A DNA stretch of 46,647 nucleotides from an uncultured bacterium (GCA_965369655.1 CBDUQR010000022.1:1-46647); one strand, 5' to 3'; positions 27,000 through 37,414 are shown, counted from the first letter of the stretch. Made by a program: numbers and translations. Notes: generated by a model not told the origin, from the letters alone.

Positions 27000-27941
27000 A
27001 TGAAAACGGATTACGACATCATCATCGTGGGCGGCGGTCCCGGTGGATTAACATCCGGACTATATGGGGCGAGGGCTGAACTGAAGACACTGCTCCTCGA
27101 AAAATACCTTCCCGGCGGACAGATTGCCAACACCGAAGATGTCGAAGACTATCCGGGATTTGAACATATCTCCGGCGCTGAGCTTGCGAGCAGGATGACT
27201 GAGCATGCCAAAAAGTTCGGTCTGGAGATCGCATCCGAAGAGGTCGAGGAAGTCTACTGCAAAGGCGATATCCGCGTGGTCAAGACATACGAGAGGGAGC
27301 TTACCGCGAAGGCGGTGATTCTGGCGACGGGCGGATCTCCAAACAAGCTGAAAGTGCCCGGCGAGGAGAACTTTTCCGGAAAAGGCGTCTCGTACTGCGC
27401 TATCTGCGACGGCGCTTTTTTCAGGGATCAGGTTATCGCAGTAGTCGGGGGCGGGGATGCCGCTGTCGAAGAAGCTATGTTCCTGACGAAGTTTGGCTCG
27501 AAGGTGATAATTATTCATCGGCGGGATGAGTTGCGTGCGCAGAAAATCATTCGAACTCGCGCGTTCGCTAACGACAAACTCGAATTCATCTGGGACTCGG
27601 TCGTCGAGGAAATAAACGGCGACACGAAGGTTCGATCTCTGAGCCTGAAGAATGTCAAGACCGGTGAGAAATCTACTCTCGATGTCGGCGCGCTGTTTGT
27701 ATTCATAGGATTCGTTCCGAATTCCAACATCGTTCGTGAGGCAGTCCGAAAGGACCAGGGCGGATATTTCGTGACTGACGACAGGATGCAGACGTCTGTT
27801 GCCGGTATCTTTGCGATCGGCGATGTTCGCGCGCAGCTTGTCAGGCAGATCACGAACGCCGTTGGCGATGGCACAACCGCCGCTGTCGCCGCTGAGAAAC
27901 ATATCGAGAAGCTTCACGACAAGGAACTCGCGGGCAGATAG
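27000..27941 (+). CDS. trxB: Thioredoxin reductase
   Basis: GGGPGG, GVSYCAICDG, VGGGDAAVEEA, HRRD, FAIGDVR. Confidence 0.97.
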   Translation: MKTDYDIIIVGGGPGGLTSGLYGARAELKTLLLEKYLPGGQIANTEDVEDYPGFEHISGAELASRMTEHAKKFGLEIASEEVEEVYCKGDIRVVKTYERELTAKAVILATGGSPNKLKVPGEENFSGKGVSYCAICDGAFFRDQVIAVVGGGDAAVEEAMFLTKFGSKVIIIHRRDELRAQKIIRTRAFANDKLEFIWDSVVEEINGDTKVRSLSLKNVKTGEKSTLDVGALFVFIGFVPNSNIVREAVRKDQGGYFVTDDRMQTSVAGIFAIGDVRAQLVRQITNAVGDGTTAAVAAEKHIEKLHDKELAGR

Positions 27942-27943
27942 TC

Positions 27944-28810
27944 TTGTCTCCAATTGCAGGAAATCGCAAACCAAGCTGGTTCAAGGTCAAGGCGCCACTT
28001 GGCGAGACTTACGCCGAGGTCAAAAAGATGCTCGGTGAGCTGTCTCTCCACACGGTCTGCCAGGAGGCCAACTGTCCAAACAGGATCGAGTGCTGGTCCA
28101 GGAGGACCGCTACGTTTATGATCTTAGGCGATGTCTGCACTCGCCAATGCAGGTTCTGCAATGTGGCGACGGGCAAGCCCGGGGCTGTCGATTTTGGAGA
28201 GCCGGAGCGTGTGGCCGACGCTGTGCAGAAAATGGGAATTCAGTACGCAGTGATCACATCAGTCACGCGCGATGATCTGCCTGATGGCGGTGCGTCCCTA
28301 TTTGCCGACACTGTGCGAGCGCTCAGGGATCGGATCGACAACATTGGCATTGAGGTCCTGATACCTGATTTCGGTGGCTCGGGGGAAAGCCTGCTGGAAG
28401 TGATCGCTTCGAAACCTGATGTCATCAATCACAATATCGAAACAGTGCGGAGGCTGACTCCGGCGGTCAGAAGCGGAGCAGACTACGACAAGTCACTGCA
28501 GTTGCTCAGACGCGTATCGGAGAGCGATACCGGGATCAAATCAAAGTCGGGGATAATGCTCGGGCTCGGCGAGGAAATCGGCGAGATAGAGCAGGCATTT
28601 GCGGACCTCGCCGGTGTTTCGTGCCAACTCCTGACGATCGGTCAATACCTTGCACCATCTGACAGGCACCATCCGATAGTGATGTTCTATTCTCCTGAAG
28701 AGTTCTCGCAGCTCCGTGAGATCGCTCTCAGTTACGGTTTTGAATCAGTGGTGGCGGGGCCTCTGGTGAGATCGTCGTACCGTGCGAGAGAACAGTTCGT
28801 CTCCGGTTGA
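27944..28810 (+). CDS. lipA: Lipoyl synthase
   Basis: CX4CX5C (CQEANCPNRIEC), radical-SAM CX3CX2C (CTRQCRFC), C-terminal RSSY. Confidence 0.97.
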   Translation: MSPIAGNRKPSWFKVKAPLGETYAEVKKMLGELSLHTVCQEANCPNRIECWSRRTATFMILGDVCTRQCRFCNVATGKPGAVDFGEPERVADAVQKMGIQYAVITSVTRDDLPDGGASLFADTVRALRDRIDNIGIEVLIPDFGGSGESLLEVIASKPDVINHNIETVRRLTPAVRSGADYDKSLQLLRRVSESDTGIKSKSGIMLGLGEEIGEIEQAFADLAGVSCQLLTIGQYLAPSDRHHPIVMFYSPEEFSQLREIALSYGFESVVAGPLVRSSYRAREQFVSG

Positions 28811-28829
28811 GTCTGACGCCGGCTGATGC

Positions 28830-29495
28830 TCACTCTTTCAGTTCGCGCAGAAGCTTCTTGTAGAAATCGATTTCGCTTTTCAAGAATCTGATTTGATGAC
28901 GCAGTGCGACCTCTCTCATCTTTGAGAGTCCTCGGTCGCTCGCCTCTGTCTCACGCCAGTCCTGTTGAATGCATTCGAGATCATGCGACAAACTTGTGAT
29001 CCGCCTGGAGACTGTATCTGACAGCTCTTTCGCGTCCGATTCCATCTTGTCCGCAAGCAGAAACAGCAGGTCGAATCGGAAGCGGGTTCGCTGACGGAGA
29101 ATGTTCTTATCCTCCAAGAAACCAGCGAGAATCTCTCGCCACAGCTCTTTCGCGCCCGATTCCATCTTGTCCGCAAGCAGAAACAGCAGGTCGAATCGGA
29201 AGCGGGTTTGCTGACGGAGAATGTTCTCATCCTCTAAGAAACCAGCGAGAATCTCTCTCCCGGATTCGTTGATGCTGTAGATTTTCTGATCAGGCCGATT
29301 CCTGATTTTCCTGGTTTTCAGCCCTATCGCGCCGTTCCTATACAGCCTGCGAAGAGCGGTGTAGATATTTGGTACTGAGAAACTGGCGACCGATTGCAGG
29401 TTGTCCTGCGTCAGTTTCTCGATCAGACTGTAACCGTGCTGCGGCCCATCAGCAAGATAAGCCAGTATGATATAATCTGTTGGGGTCGGTATCAT
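28830..29495 (-). CDS. PadR-family transcriptional regulator with internal 40-aa duplication
   Basis: ILAYL..PQHGYSL, IYTALRRL, KIYSINESG wHTH pattern. Confidence 0.88.
   Translation of the reverse strand: MIPTPTDYIILAYLADGPQHGYSLIEKLTQDNLQSVASFSVPNIYTALRRLYRNGAIGLKTRKIRNRPDQKIYSINESGREILAGFLEDENILRQQTRFRFDLLFLLADKMESGAKELWREILAGFLEDKNILRQRTRFRFDLLFLLADKMESDAKELSDTVSRRITSLSHDLECIQQDWRETEASDRGLSKMREVALRHQIRFLKSEIDFYKKLLRELKE
29021..29257. repeat. 120-bp-period tandem duplication inside the PadR gene
   Basis: 29021-29137 versus 29141-29257: 4 mismatches in 117 nt. Confidence 0.95.
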
Positions 29496-29507
29496 TGTCT
29501 CTGGCCA

Positions 29508-29536
29508 ATTGTAAGCAATAGCAGTGCCCGTGTCAA
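29508..29536 (-). promoter_or_regulatory. Sigma-70 promoter of the PadR gene
   Basis: Minus strand TTGACA (29536-29531)-17 nt-TACAAT (29513-29508). Confidence 0.7.
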
Positions 29537-29722
29537 TGTCAATAAGTTGATCAGAACGGCCGTTTAGAGAGCTGTTTGAGAACCCTTAGAATCTCGCTGC
29601 CAACAGCGGCAGATACGCATGAATACTGGCCGAATCGCGATTAATGCCGAGGGGATTCGGCTAAGCTGCTTCCCGTTGTGACCGATAACGGACGTAAACG
29701 GGGAGGGCAATTCCAGGTGGTG

Positions 29723-31279
29723 ATGAGGGCTCACATTCTTGTGGTTGATGACGAGGAGTATATCTGCGCCATAGTGCATAACATCCTTTCCGACCACGAG
29801 GGCCATCACGTAACGTCATGCAGCGACCCTGCAGAGGCGATCAGGATGATCCAGTCGGAGAGGATCGATCTTGTCCTGACCGACATGATCATGGGCGATT
29901 ACAGCGGGATTGATATACTGCGCGCATGCGAGGAGCATCAGCCCGATTCGGTGGTCATATTCATGACCGGCCATCCGACGATCGAGAACGCCATCTCTGT
30001 CCTCAAGCGAGGCGTCTACGACTACCTTGTCAAACCGTTCAAGCTGGAGAATCTGAGAGCAACTGTGGAACGAGGTCTCGAAAAGCTGTCTCTTCAGCGC
30101 GAGAACGTACGTCTGAAGAACGCAGTTTCGCTTTATCAGATATCAGCAGCTATGGGCAGTACGATCCATCTCGATTCTCTCCTCAAGCTTGTTCTCGAAT
30201 CGGTCATCGGTGGGTTCGATGCCGGGCTTGCAACGATCGCGCTCGTCGACTCCGAGACGAATGAGCTTCAGGTTCAGGCGTTTCACGGCGACTGGGAGAC
30301 GATATCAGGCGTGCCGTTCCTGACGGGCAAGGACGAAATCCCTGAAACCGTAGTCGAGACCGGCGATGCGAAGATAGTGAAAAATATCGTTATTGAGAAT
30401 GCTGATTCTGAACAGAGCGGAGGCTCTGCCAAAGCCGTCGGCATATGTGTCCCGCTTTTCGCAAAGGGAAGTGTTATCGGAGTCCTGAGTTTCGTCAGGT
30501 TCGGTCTCATACGTCCCTTTACGACCGGCGATCTGCATTCCATATCGATCATAGCAGCCAAAGCGGCCTCGGCAATTGAGAGTTCCATGCTCTACGATGA
30601 ACTTGAGGATGCCTACCTCTCCACGATTCGCGCACTCGCCAATTCGATTGAAGCCCGCGATAATTATACGCGAGGCCATGCCGAGCGAGTTACACACGTT
30701 GCTGAAATGATTGCGCGGGGAATCGGGTGGGGCGAAGAGGAAATCAGATGGCTGAGAATAGGCGGAACCCTGCACGATATCGGTAAGATCGGCGTCCCGG
30801 ATTGCATCCTGAACAAGCCGGGTCCTCTCTCAGACGAGGAGTTCGAAGTGATGAAGAAACACCCGGAGACAGGCTCGAAGCTGCTCGAAGGAATTCCGTT
30901 TCTCAAGCCGATTCGTCCCTATGTACTGTGCCATCACGAGAAGTGGGACGGTTCCGGATATCCTGCCGGCCTGAAGGGAGAGGATATCCCAATCGAAGGT
31001 CGTCTGCTCGCGGTAGCCGATACTGTTGATGCTATACTCACGAATCGTCCTTACAGAGCTGCAAGCGCCCTGGAGAAAGTTATTGATGAACTGACAAAAT
31101 TCAGGGGCAGACAGTTCGACCCGATTCTCGTCGATTCATTTCTTGAACTTATCAACTCCGGCGGCATCGATCTCGATGCGTTGTACGGATTCGAGGAAGC
31201 CGAGACGGACAGGGCACAGCTCACGTCCTGTCCGGTGCATGTCGCCGGGCATTCCGTCGGTGCCGACAGCTCAGAATGA
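29723..31279 (+). CDS. REC-GAF-HD-GYP cyclic-dinucleotide phosphodiesterase/response regulator
   Basis: VVDDEE, LTDMIM, LVKPF (REC); GAF; LHDIGK and HHEKWDGSGYP; RPYR. Confidence 0.93.
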   Translation: MRAHILVVDDEEYICAIVHNILSDHEGHHVTSCSDPAEAIRMIQSERIDLVLTDMIMGDYSGIDILRACEEHQPDSVVIFMTGHPTIENAISVLKRGVYDYLVKPFKLENLRATVERGLEKLSLQRENVRLKNAVSLYQISAAMGSTIHLDSLLKLVLESVIGGFDAGLATIALVDSETNELQVQAFHGDWETISGVPFLTGKDEIPETVVETGDAKIVKNIVIENADSEQSGGSAKAVGICVPLFAKGSVIGVLSFVRFGLIRPFTTGDLHSISIIAAKAASAIESSMLYDELEDAYLSTIRALANSIEARDNYTRGHAERVTHVAEMIARGIGWGEEEIRWLRIGGTLHDIGKIGVPDCILNKPGPLSDEEFEVMKKHPETGSKLLEGIPFLKPIRPYVLCHHEKWDGSGYPAGLKGEDIPIEGRLLAVADTVDAILTNRPYRAASALEKVIDELTKFRGRQFDPILVDSFLELINSGGIDLDALYGFEEAETDRAQLTSCPVHVAGHSVGADSSE

Positions 31280-32371
31280 GATTATCTTCAGCGGCAGTGG
31301 CATAAACGTCAACACGAAGATCAGTATCGCAAGCCATCCCAGTCTTCTCCGCGTCGGTCCCAACCCGATATCATCGTTCAGCGTCGGTGGATGTTTGACT
31401 TTCACGATAAACACCACCATTGCGGCCCAGAAGAGCCATCCGGTCCAGACAAGACCAAGAGCCAGCAGAACGCCGAGCGATGTGTTTGCGATGATCCGGT
31501 GCAGCCTCTTGCCTACAAGAGCGTAGACGATGTGACCGCCGTCGAGTTGTCCCATCGGCAGCAGATTCATCATGGTGACGAACAAACCTACCCATCCTGC
31601 ATAAATCAGTGGCGAGAGTACGAGTTGATACCCCTCGGGTTGCGTTGGCATCACAGTTTTCGTGAGCAGCAACAGCAGCAACGAATCGCCGAACTCGAAG
31701 AACGTGTCTCCGGGCTGCGGCTCGATGGCGGGTTGGAACTGCGCCGAGGCCAGCCCGATTATCAGTATGATCAGCGCAGGCAGGAATCCCGCCAAAGGTC
31801 CGGCTACTCCGACGTCGAAGAGCTCGATCCTGTTTTTGAACGGCGACCGCGACTTGATGAAAGCGCCCAGCGTTCCGAAAAGCGTCGGCGCAGGTATGAA
31901 ATATGGCAGGCTTACGTCAGCATGGTGCCATCGACCGGCGAAATAGTGCCCGAACTCATGAAACACAAGGATGCTCATCAGCGCAAACATGAACCAGACG
32001 CCGGGTACCAGAAGCGACCAATCGCGAAATACGGCGTCTCCGCTTCTCAGGTAGCTGAAACTGAAAACCATCGAGAATACGGTCAGTACGGCCAGGATGA
32101 TATTGATCCACGGCACGCGTGATTTTTCAGGGCGGATATCTTTGGCGACAATGACGTATGAGTCGTCCTGTTCGTACAGCCTCAGAAAAAAACCGAGATC
32201 AAAGAAGCGTGCCTTGAGAGCCTGTCGCCAGACATCGGGGGATATCTTCGGTTGTATCTCGAAGATGATATCCGAGCCACGATGGTAGACGGCGACCACC
32301 TCCGCGAACTGAGCGATCTCCGGATAAAGCTTTTCTCCGATGCGTTGTAACTCGTGCCGGTCAACGGGCAT
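31271..32371 (-). CDS. Site-2 protease (M50 membrane metalloprotease)
   Basis: HEFGH, AGPLAG, NLLPMGQLDGG; multiple TM segments. Confidence 0.93.
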   Translation of the reverse strand: MPVDRHELQRIGEKLYPEIAQFAEVVAVYHRGSDIIFEIQPKISPDVWRQALKARFFDLGFFLRLYEQDDSYVIVAKDIRPEKSRVPWINIILAVLTVFSMVFSFSYLRSGDAVFRDWSLLVPGVWFMFALMSILVFHEFGHYFAGRWHHADVSLPYFIPAPTLFGTLGAFIKSRSPFKNRIELFDVGVAGPLAGFLPALIILIIGLASAQFQPAIEPQPGDTFFEFGDSLLLLLLTKTVMPTQPEGYQLVLSPLIYAGWVGLFVTMMNLLPMGQLDGGHIVYALVGKRLHRIIANTSLGVLLALGLVWTGWLFWAAMVVFIVKVKHPPTLNDDIGLGPTRRRLGWLAILIFVLTFMPLPLKIISF

Positions 32372-32447
32372 GGCGTCTCCAAAGGTGATTCGTGCACTCT
32401 GTCAGCTACTACAGGGAATATCGGGATATAGTTCGGAGAAAACAGAC

Positions 32448-32484
32448 AAAAAAGGAAAGCAAGGGTAAAAACCCTTGCTTTCCT
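32448..32484 (-). terminator. Strong intrinsic terminator after the 1608-aa gene
   Basis: Perfect 14-bp stem AGGAAAGCAAGGGT/ACCCTTGCTTTCCT, 4-nt loop, U-tract on the minus strand. Confidence 0.88.
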
Positions 32485-32511
32485 GATCTATTCGATATGC
32501 GAAATATCGAA

Positions 32512-35500
32512 TTAACGAACGAGCGCCGATTTCGGCAGATCACCGCCATTGAACATGTATTCATACATGTACAAAGCGTCATCCACGTCAACATCGCCGC
32601 TGAGATCCACGTCACCAAGGTATACGAACGGGCAAGGCGGACCGCCTACGCCAGCCGCATAACTGCTCAGTAAGCAGAGATCCAGGAGATCGATAACGCC
32701 GTCGTCGTTGAGATCACCACGACCGTAACCAGCCCACTTGTTGGCAAATGCCATCATGTCGCCGATTTCGCCAGCCGTAGCGCCAGCCGGGAAGTAGAAG
32801 ACAACCATCGCGCCCTGCACTACTTCGTTACCAGCAAAGTCCTGGTGTCCGGCAATCATGATCGTCCCTCTGTCGTCCGGAGGCATACCCGGAGCGGCAT
32901 TAGGATGATAGCCTACTGTGCCAGCAGGAATAGCGTCAATCGTACCGAATATAGTCACTGGCAGTTCTGCCGGTGCATATATCTCATCCGGGTTGTTTAC
33001 GCCATAGCCGCAGTACATGCCAGTGGTTGCTAAGCCGTTAACGAAACTTCCGGCCATCGGCAAAGCGCCGAATCCAGAAAGCTCATCGGTCACTCCGTTG
33101 TACTGCCACATTGCGCTGACACCGATGTCACCGAGTACGTACTCGTATCCAGCCGCATCGCCAGGCATGTCGAAGTCAGCAAACGCACCCCAGTAGAGAC
33201 CTTCCACAGGAGTAGCGTTTCTGTTGGTCATGTCATAAGCGATGAGGTAGAAGTTATTGAAGATACTCGAACCGTAGTTCGCAGGTGACGGTACGAACGC
33301 ACCGTACACTCTGTAAGACATGCGCATACCTATGGTAAGCGCGTTGTCGAGCTGTTCGGTTGTGTAATCGAATATCGAGTCAATAACTGCAGCCTCGAAG
33401 AAGTCGGCAAAGATCGGTGTACCATCGCAGAGTTCGTCCACCTGGATGCCGTAGTCAAACGTGCAGCTTGCATCCGGGAAGATGTGATTAAAGGCTTTAC
33501 CACCCTCTTCGAGCCATGCTGCACGGTTCGAGTCGACCATCATGAGGAATGAACCCTGATACATCGGATCGTCTGCGCCATCAACAATAATAGCATCGAC
33601 TGGGGCATCGCCGTCTTCGAAGAAGCCACCATTGTTGACATAAGCAGCATCGTCACCGCCCGCGCCGAACTCAATGAAGCCGTCGCAGAAGGCAAAACCC
33701 TTAACAGCCGCGAGGTGAATCATTGCGTTAACAGGGAGCCCATTGCAAGGCGGCAGCGCGGAGGGGCATTCATTGAAGTCCGGATCGTCGGAAGCGACAA
33801 CGAGGTAGAACCAGTTCTCACCACGACCCATGACCGGCACGTCGAATGCGAATGTGGCGTCATAACAGTCGCCACCATTCAGAATGCCAGTCGCACCAGA
33901 AACGAGAGTAACCCAGGACGGCGGACCGGCCAGAGTTATCTCTACATCCTGCTTGCCCATTGCGCGATCGCTGAGCTCGGACTTCATCGGGGTGTGACCC
34001 ATGCGAGCGGCCTTCCAGCCGGACATCGCGTTGAAGCCGTCGACAGCGTAATCGACCATCAGATCAGCATTCTTCTCAGCCCGAGCCATGTGGTACGGGT
34101 TGACAGTGCTGGTGAAGGCCTTCAATGGGTAGGACGCATCGGCTTCGAGAGTCAGACAGTACTCGAGGCCAACGCAGCCGACGTTGCAGAATACATCGTC
34201 AGCAGTACGTTGTGTGCCATCCGGATCGGTGAATTCGATCGGAGGATCGATAACCATATCACCAGGAATGAACAATCTCGGACGGTCTGCACCGATGGAG
34301 TACATCGCTACAGCACCGCCACCGGTGCCGCAGTCTGACCAGAGCTGAGTAAACGCGACGTACGGAACGCCGTCATACTTAGCGATGGCCGGGCCGAAGC
34401 CGTAACCGGTGATGTTATACGAGAACAGCAGGTCTCCATTTTCGGCATCACTGCAGTTAAACGTACCGTACGGGGGTACCTGAGTGCCCCAGAATACGTA
34501 CGGATCACAGGTCGCGCCGGCGGGCATGATCATGGCACCCTTGGTGAAATCATCCCAGACCGTGTTGTTGTCATACGAACGGCACCAGATACCGCTGAAG
34601 CGGGCATCCACGCTAGCTTTGTTACCGTAGTACCAACGCTCGAGAGGCTCGATCAGCGTATTGTTGGCGTACTGGCCAAGTCCACAGAGCCAGTAGTTGC
34701 TGACCGCCGGATCACCAGTCGCAGCATCGATTTTCATATTATAGCCATCGAAGCTGGGGTGATCCTTGATGCCGAGAACGGTAAACAACATGTTGGTGGA
34801 AGCGCTGTAGCTTACACCACATGTGCTGCCCTCGTCATAGCCGAGCAGTCCTGTGAAGCCGCCGTACGGCCAGATGTTGTTCAACGCCTGGTCGTACTTG
34901 TAGACACCGCCTACTCCAACCAACGGACCAGGATCGCCACCGTCGAGACCTGCCGAGCACGTGATATACAGGTCCGTGCCGTCAGACGACATCGAAACCC
35001 ATATTCCGTTGCCATACGGCGTGGCCGCAAACACGTTGGTTGCGCCAGTCGCAACATCCAGGTTGTAGATGGTACCACCGTCGCCGCCGAAGAAGACCTG
35101 GTTGTCCATGACTACCGACGCACAGAAGCGCATCGTGCCAGCCGTACCCTCGAGAGGATTAGCGGTCATTGGCGCACGAGCCCAGATAACAGCGCCAGTG
35201 TACGCGTCGGCTTTTACGAAGCCTTCGAATGTACCGGTGCTGAAGTAGACAGCGCCATCGGCGATTGTCATACTGGTACGGATGTTACCACCCATGATTG
35301 TCGGATACAGAGGATCAGCAGTCTTGGTGTCCCAGATTAATGAACCGTTAGTGATGTTAAGGGCAACTGCGTGCGAAGTAAACGTCACATACACGATTTC
35401 ATCCGCGATAGTCGGAGTCGCGAAGTAACAGAAATCATAGGGTGACCAGTACTGCCAGATTCTCTGGAAGCCGCACAGATCGCCGATTTCGACCGGGTTG

Positions 35501-37338
35501 TAACCGGTACGAGCGTAATCGTGCGCCAGAGTTGGCCATTCGCCTTCGTCAACACACTCGACACCAACGCCCGGGCAGCAGATATCGACTTCCATCAGGA
35601 AAGCGACATCGACGCCCCAGTCGTCGACCATCAGACCCCAGAAACCGTTCCAGTTCTCGGAACAACGTCCTGTGGCTGTCGAACCGTCATCGGAAAGTAC
35701 AGCGAGAACATCGCCGGGATCATTGTAGATCGGTGTGTAGCCAAGATGGTACTCGACATTGAGGACGAGGTTATCACCCGAGATATCTACCTCTTCCATA
35801 CCCGGGAACCAGGTTGTGACAACCGGTACCGGATAGACAGCGATAGTATCAGTCGGGTATGTGCCATTTGAGTTGAAGAGAATGAAGTCGGCGCCGGGAG
35901 CGCCAACTGAACCATCCGCATAGAAGGCAATGCGCAGCTTCTCGAGACGGCAGTCAGCCGAAACGTGCGTGAAGCGCGTATTGAAGTAGTCGTCGCCATA
36001 GGCATCCGGAATCGTCCAGTAATAGGTTAGAGGGCCATAATACCAGAGGGTGTAACAGTCATCCGGAGGACCAACATCGTAGCAGACCTCAGCGCCGAAC
36101 AGGAAGTCGACGTCGAGTCCCCAGTCGTCGATCATGAGTCCCCAGAAACCGTTCCAGTTCTCAGAACTACGGTATTCCGGATCGCCTGAGCCGTCATCGG
36201 ACAAACATGCCATGACATTGCCTGCACCCTGGTTCACCGTCGTGTAACCGACGTGGAAGTCGTGTCCAGGCGGGAAGCTGAGGCCATACGACGTCATGTT
36301 GATGGTATGCATACCCGGGAACATGACCATGCTGGCATACGGGACGTTAATAATGGCGAGCACAGCGCCCGGGAATCCGGAGCCGTCACTATCCCACACA
36401 TATACGTCAACGCCTTCGCCTGTCACATCGACAGAACCAGCCGCATAGAACGCGAGCTCGATTTGAGTCAGGTCGGATTCATACGCGCCAGTGGTGAGCC
36501 TCTCGTTGAAGAAGTCATCACCATAGGCGTCCGGAATAGTCCAGAAGTACCATGCCGCGTACGTGCCGTATGTCAACCACTCACATGGAGGCGGCTCGCC
36601 GCTTTCGCAGCACAAGTCGGCCTCTATAGCGAAGTTGACATCGATACCCCAGTCGTTGTACATAGTTCCCCACATACCCATGTAGTACTCTGAGGAACGC
36701 TCGGTACCGGTAGTACCTTCATCCGACAGGATTGCGAAGACGTCATTGACCTGGTCGACAGTAGTGTAACCGATATGGAAATCGTCACAGAACACGAGGT
36801 TGAAGCTGGTAAAATCAACTTCAACATAGTTCGGATGAAACACTACATTTGCCGCCGGGACATTGATGCGCGCGAGCTCAGTGCCCGGGAAGCCAAAGGC
36901 ATCATCCCACACAATGATGTCAACGCCGCTGGCAGTATTGACAACGCTGCCAGCGTCGTAGAAGAGAACCGCTGCCGTCGTCAGTGTACAACAGTCCACG
37001 GGAGTGAACCTCATATTGAAGAAGTCATCACCGTAGGCATCTGGAACTGTCCAGAACCAGAACGGAGTGCCATCCCAATAAGAGTATGTGTCACACCACG
37101 CAGGACCGCGATACGCTGTGCCGGTAACACTTGCTGGCTGAGCAGCAGACATCGGCTTGCTGTATTGAGGGGGCATATCGGGGAACGCCACCATAAACTC
37201 AGCGCCTGCCTTTGCCGCATCAGGAAGCGTGTTGGGCAATCTCTTGATGTGGTTAGGATCTTTGAAAGCGAACGCTGCATTGCTTAGAGCCAGGATTAAG
37301 CTGAAAACAAACACAGCGATAAGGACTTTTTTAAACAT
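32512..37338 (-). CDS. Large secreted protein: three tandem ~170-aa repeats, PQQ-like beta-propeller, C-terminal dockerin
   Basis: Signal peptide ending AFA; WTxPDAYGDD(F/Y)FNxR three times; WPTLAHDYARTG, ALNITNGSLIW, DAYTGAVIW, DAENGDLL propeller blades; GDLNDDGVIDLLD and GDVDLSGDVDVDD; AAGGAGG RBS. Confidence 0.88.
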   Translation of the reverse strand: MFKKVLIAVFVFSLILALSNAAFAFKDPNHIKRLPNTLPDAAKAGAEFMVAFPDMPPQYSKPMSAAQPASVTGTAYRGPAWCDTYSYWDGTPFWFWTVPDAYGDDFFNMRFTPVDCCTLTTAAVLFYDAGSVVNTASGVDIIVWDDAFGFPGTELARINVPAANVVFHPNYVEVDFTSFNLVFCDDFHIGYTTVDQVNDVFAILSDEGTTGTERSSEYYMGMWGTMYNDWGIDVNFAIEADLCCESGEPPPCEWLTYGTYAAWYFWTIPDAYGDDFFNERLTTGAYESDLTQIELAFYAAGSVDVTGEGVDVYVWDSDGSGFPGAVLAIINVPYASMVMFPGMHTINMTSYGLSFPPGHDFHVGYTTVNQGAGNVMACLSDDGSGDPEYRSSENWNGFWGLMIDDWGLDVDFLFGAEVCYDVGPPDDCYTLWYYGPLTYYWTIPDAYGDDYFNTRFTHVSADCRLEKLRIAFYADGSVGAPGADFILFNSNGTYPTDTIAVYPVPVVTTWFPGMEEVDISGDNLVLNVEYHLGYTPIYNDPGDVLAVLSDDGSTATGRCSENWNGFWGLMVDDWGVDVAFLMEVDICCPGVGVECVDEGEWPTLAHDYARTGYNPVEIGDLCGFQRIWQYWSPYDFCYFATPTIADEIVYVTFTSHAVALNITNGSLIWDTKTADPLYPTIMGGNIRTSMTIADGAVYFSTGTFEGFVKADAYTGAVIWARAPMTANPLEGTAGTMRFCASVVMDNQVFFGGDGGTIYNLDVATGATNVFAATPYGNGIWVSMSSDGTDLYITCSAGLDGGDPGPLVGVGGVYKYDQALNNIWPYGGFTGLLGYDEGSTCGVSYSASTNMLFTVLGIKDHPSFDGYNMKIDAATGDPAVSNYWLCGLGQYANNTLIEPLERWYYGNKASVDARFSGIWCRSYDNNTVWDDFTKGAMIMPAGATCDPYVFWGTQVPPYGTFNCSDAENGDLLFSYNITGYGFGPAIAKYDGVPYVAFTQLWSDCGTGGGAVAMYSIGADRPRLFIPGDMVIDPPIEFTDPDGTQRTADDVFCNVGCVGLEYCLTLEADASYPLKAFTSTVNPYHMARAEKNADLMVDYAVDGFNAMSGWKAARMGHTPMKSELSDRAMGKQDVEITLAGPPSWVTLVSGATGILNGGDCYDATFAFDVPVMGRGENWFYLVVASDDPDFNECPSALPPCNGLPVNAMIHLAAVKGFAFCDGFIEFGAGGDDAAYVNNGGFFEDGDAPVDAIIVDGADDPMYQGSFLMMVDSNRAAWLEEGGKAFNHIFPDASCTFDYGIQVDELCDGTPIFADFFEAAVIDSIFDYTTEQLDNALTIGMRMSYRVYGAFVPSPANYGSSIFNNFYLIAYDMTNRNATPVEGLYWGAFADFDMPGDAAGYEYVLGDIGVSAMWQYNGVTDELSGFGALPMAGSFVNGLATTGMYCGYGVNNPDEIYAPAELPVTIFGTIDAIPAGTVGYHPNAAPGMPPDDRGTIMIAGHQDFAGNEVVQGAMVVFYFPAGATAGEIGDMMAFANKWAGYGRGDLNDDGVIDLLDLCLLSSYAAGVGGPPCPFVYLGDVDLSGDVDVDDALYMYEYMFNGGDLPKSALVR

Positions 37339-37414
37339 CTATTTCCTCCTTATTGCTAGGAAATACGTCATTCATGAAGTCAACCCCAGGCAGATTTATC
37401 ACCTGGATCATCAT
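37331..37414 (-). CDS. Candidate 27-aa leader peptide (uORF) overlapping the start of the 1608-aa gene
   Basis: AAAGGAG RBS, then MMIQVINLPGVDFMNDVFPSNKEEIDV*. Its stop lies just downstream of the main ATG, in another frame. Confidence 0.3.
   Translation of the reverse strand: MMIQVINLPGVDFMNDVFPSNKEEIDV

Noticed and set aside
29021-29257. DGR template/variable repeat pair
   Set aside because: Mismatches run in both directions, the copies are tandem inside one gene, and no reverse transcriptase is present.
29564-29590. IS-end-like AGAGCTGTTTGAGAA, and GGGTATGTTGAAAAAG near 38077
   Set aside because: Single motifs with no partner inverted repeat or target duplication found.
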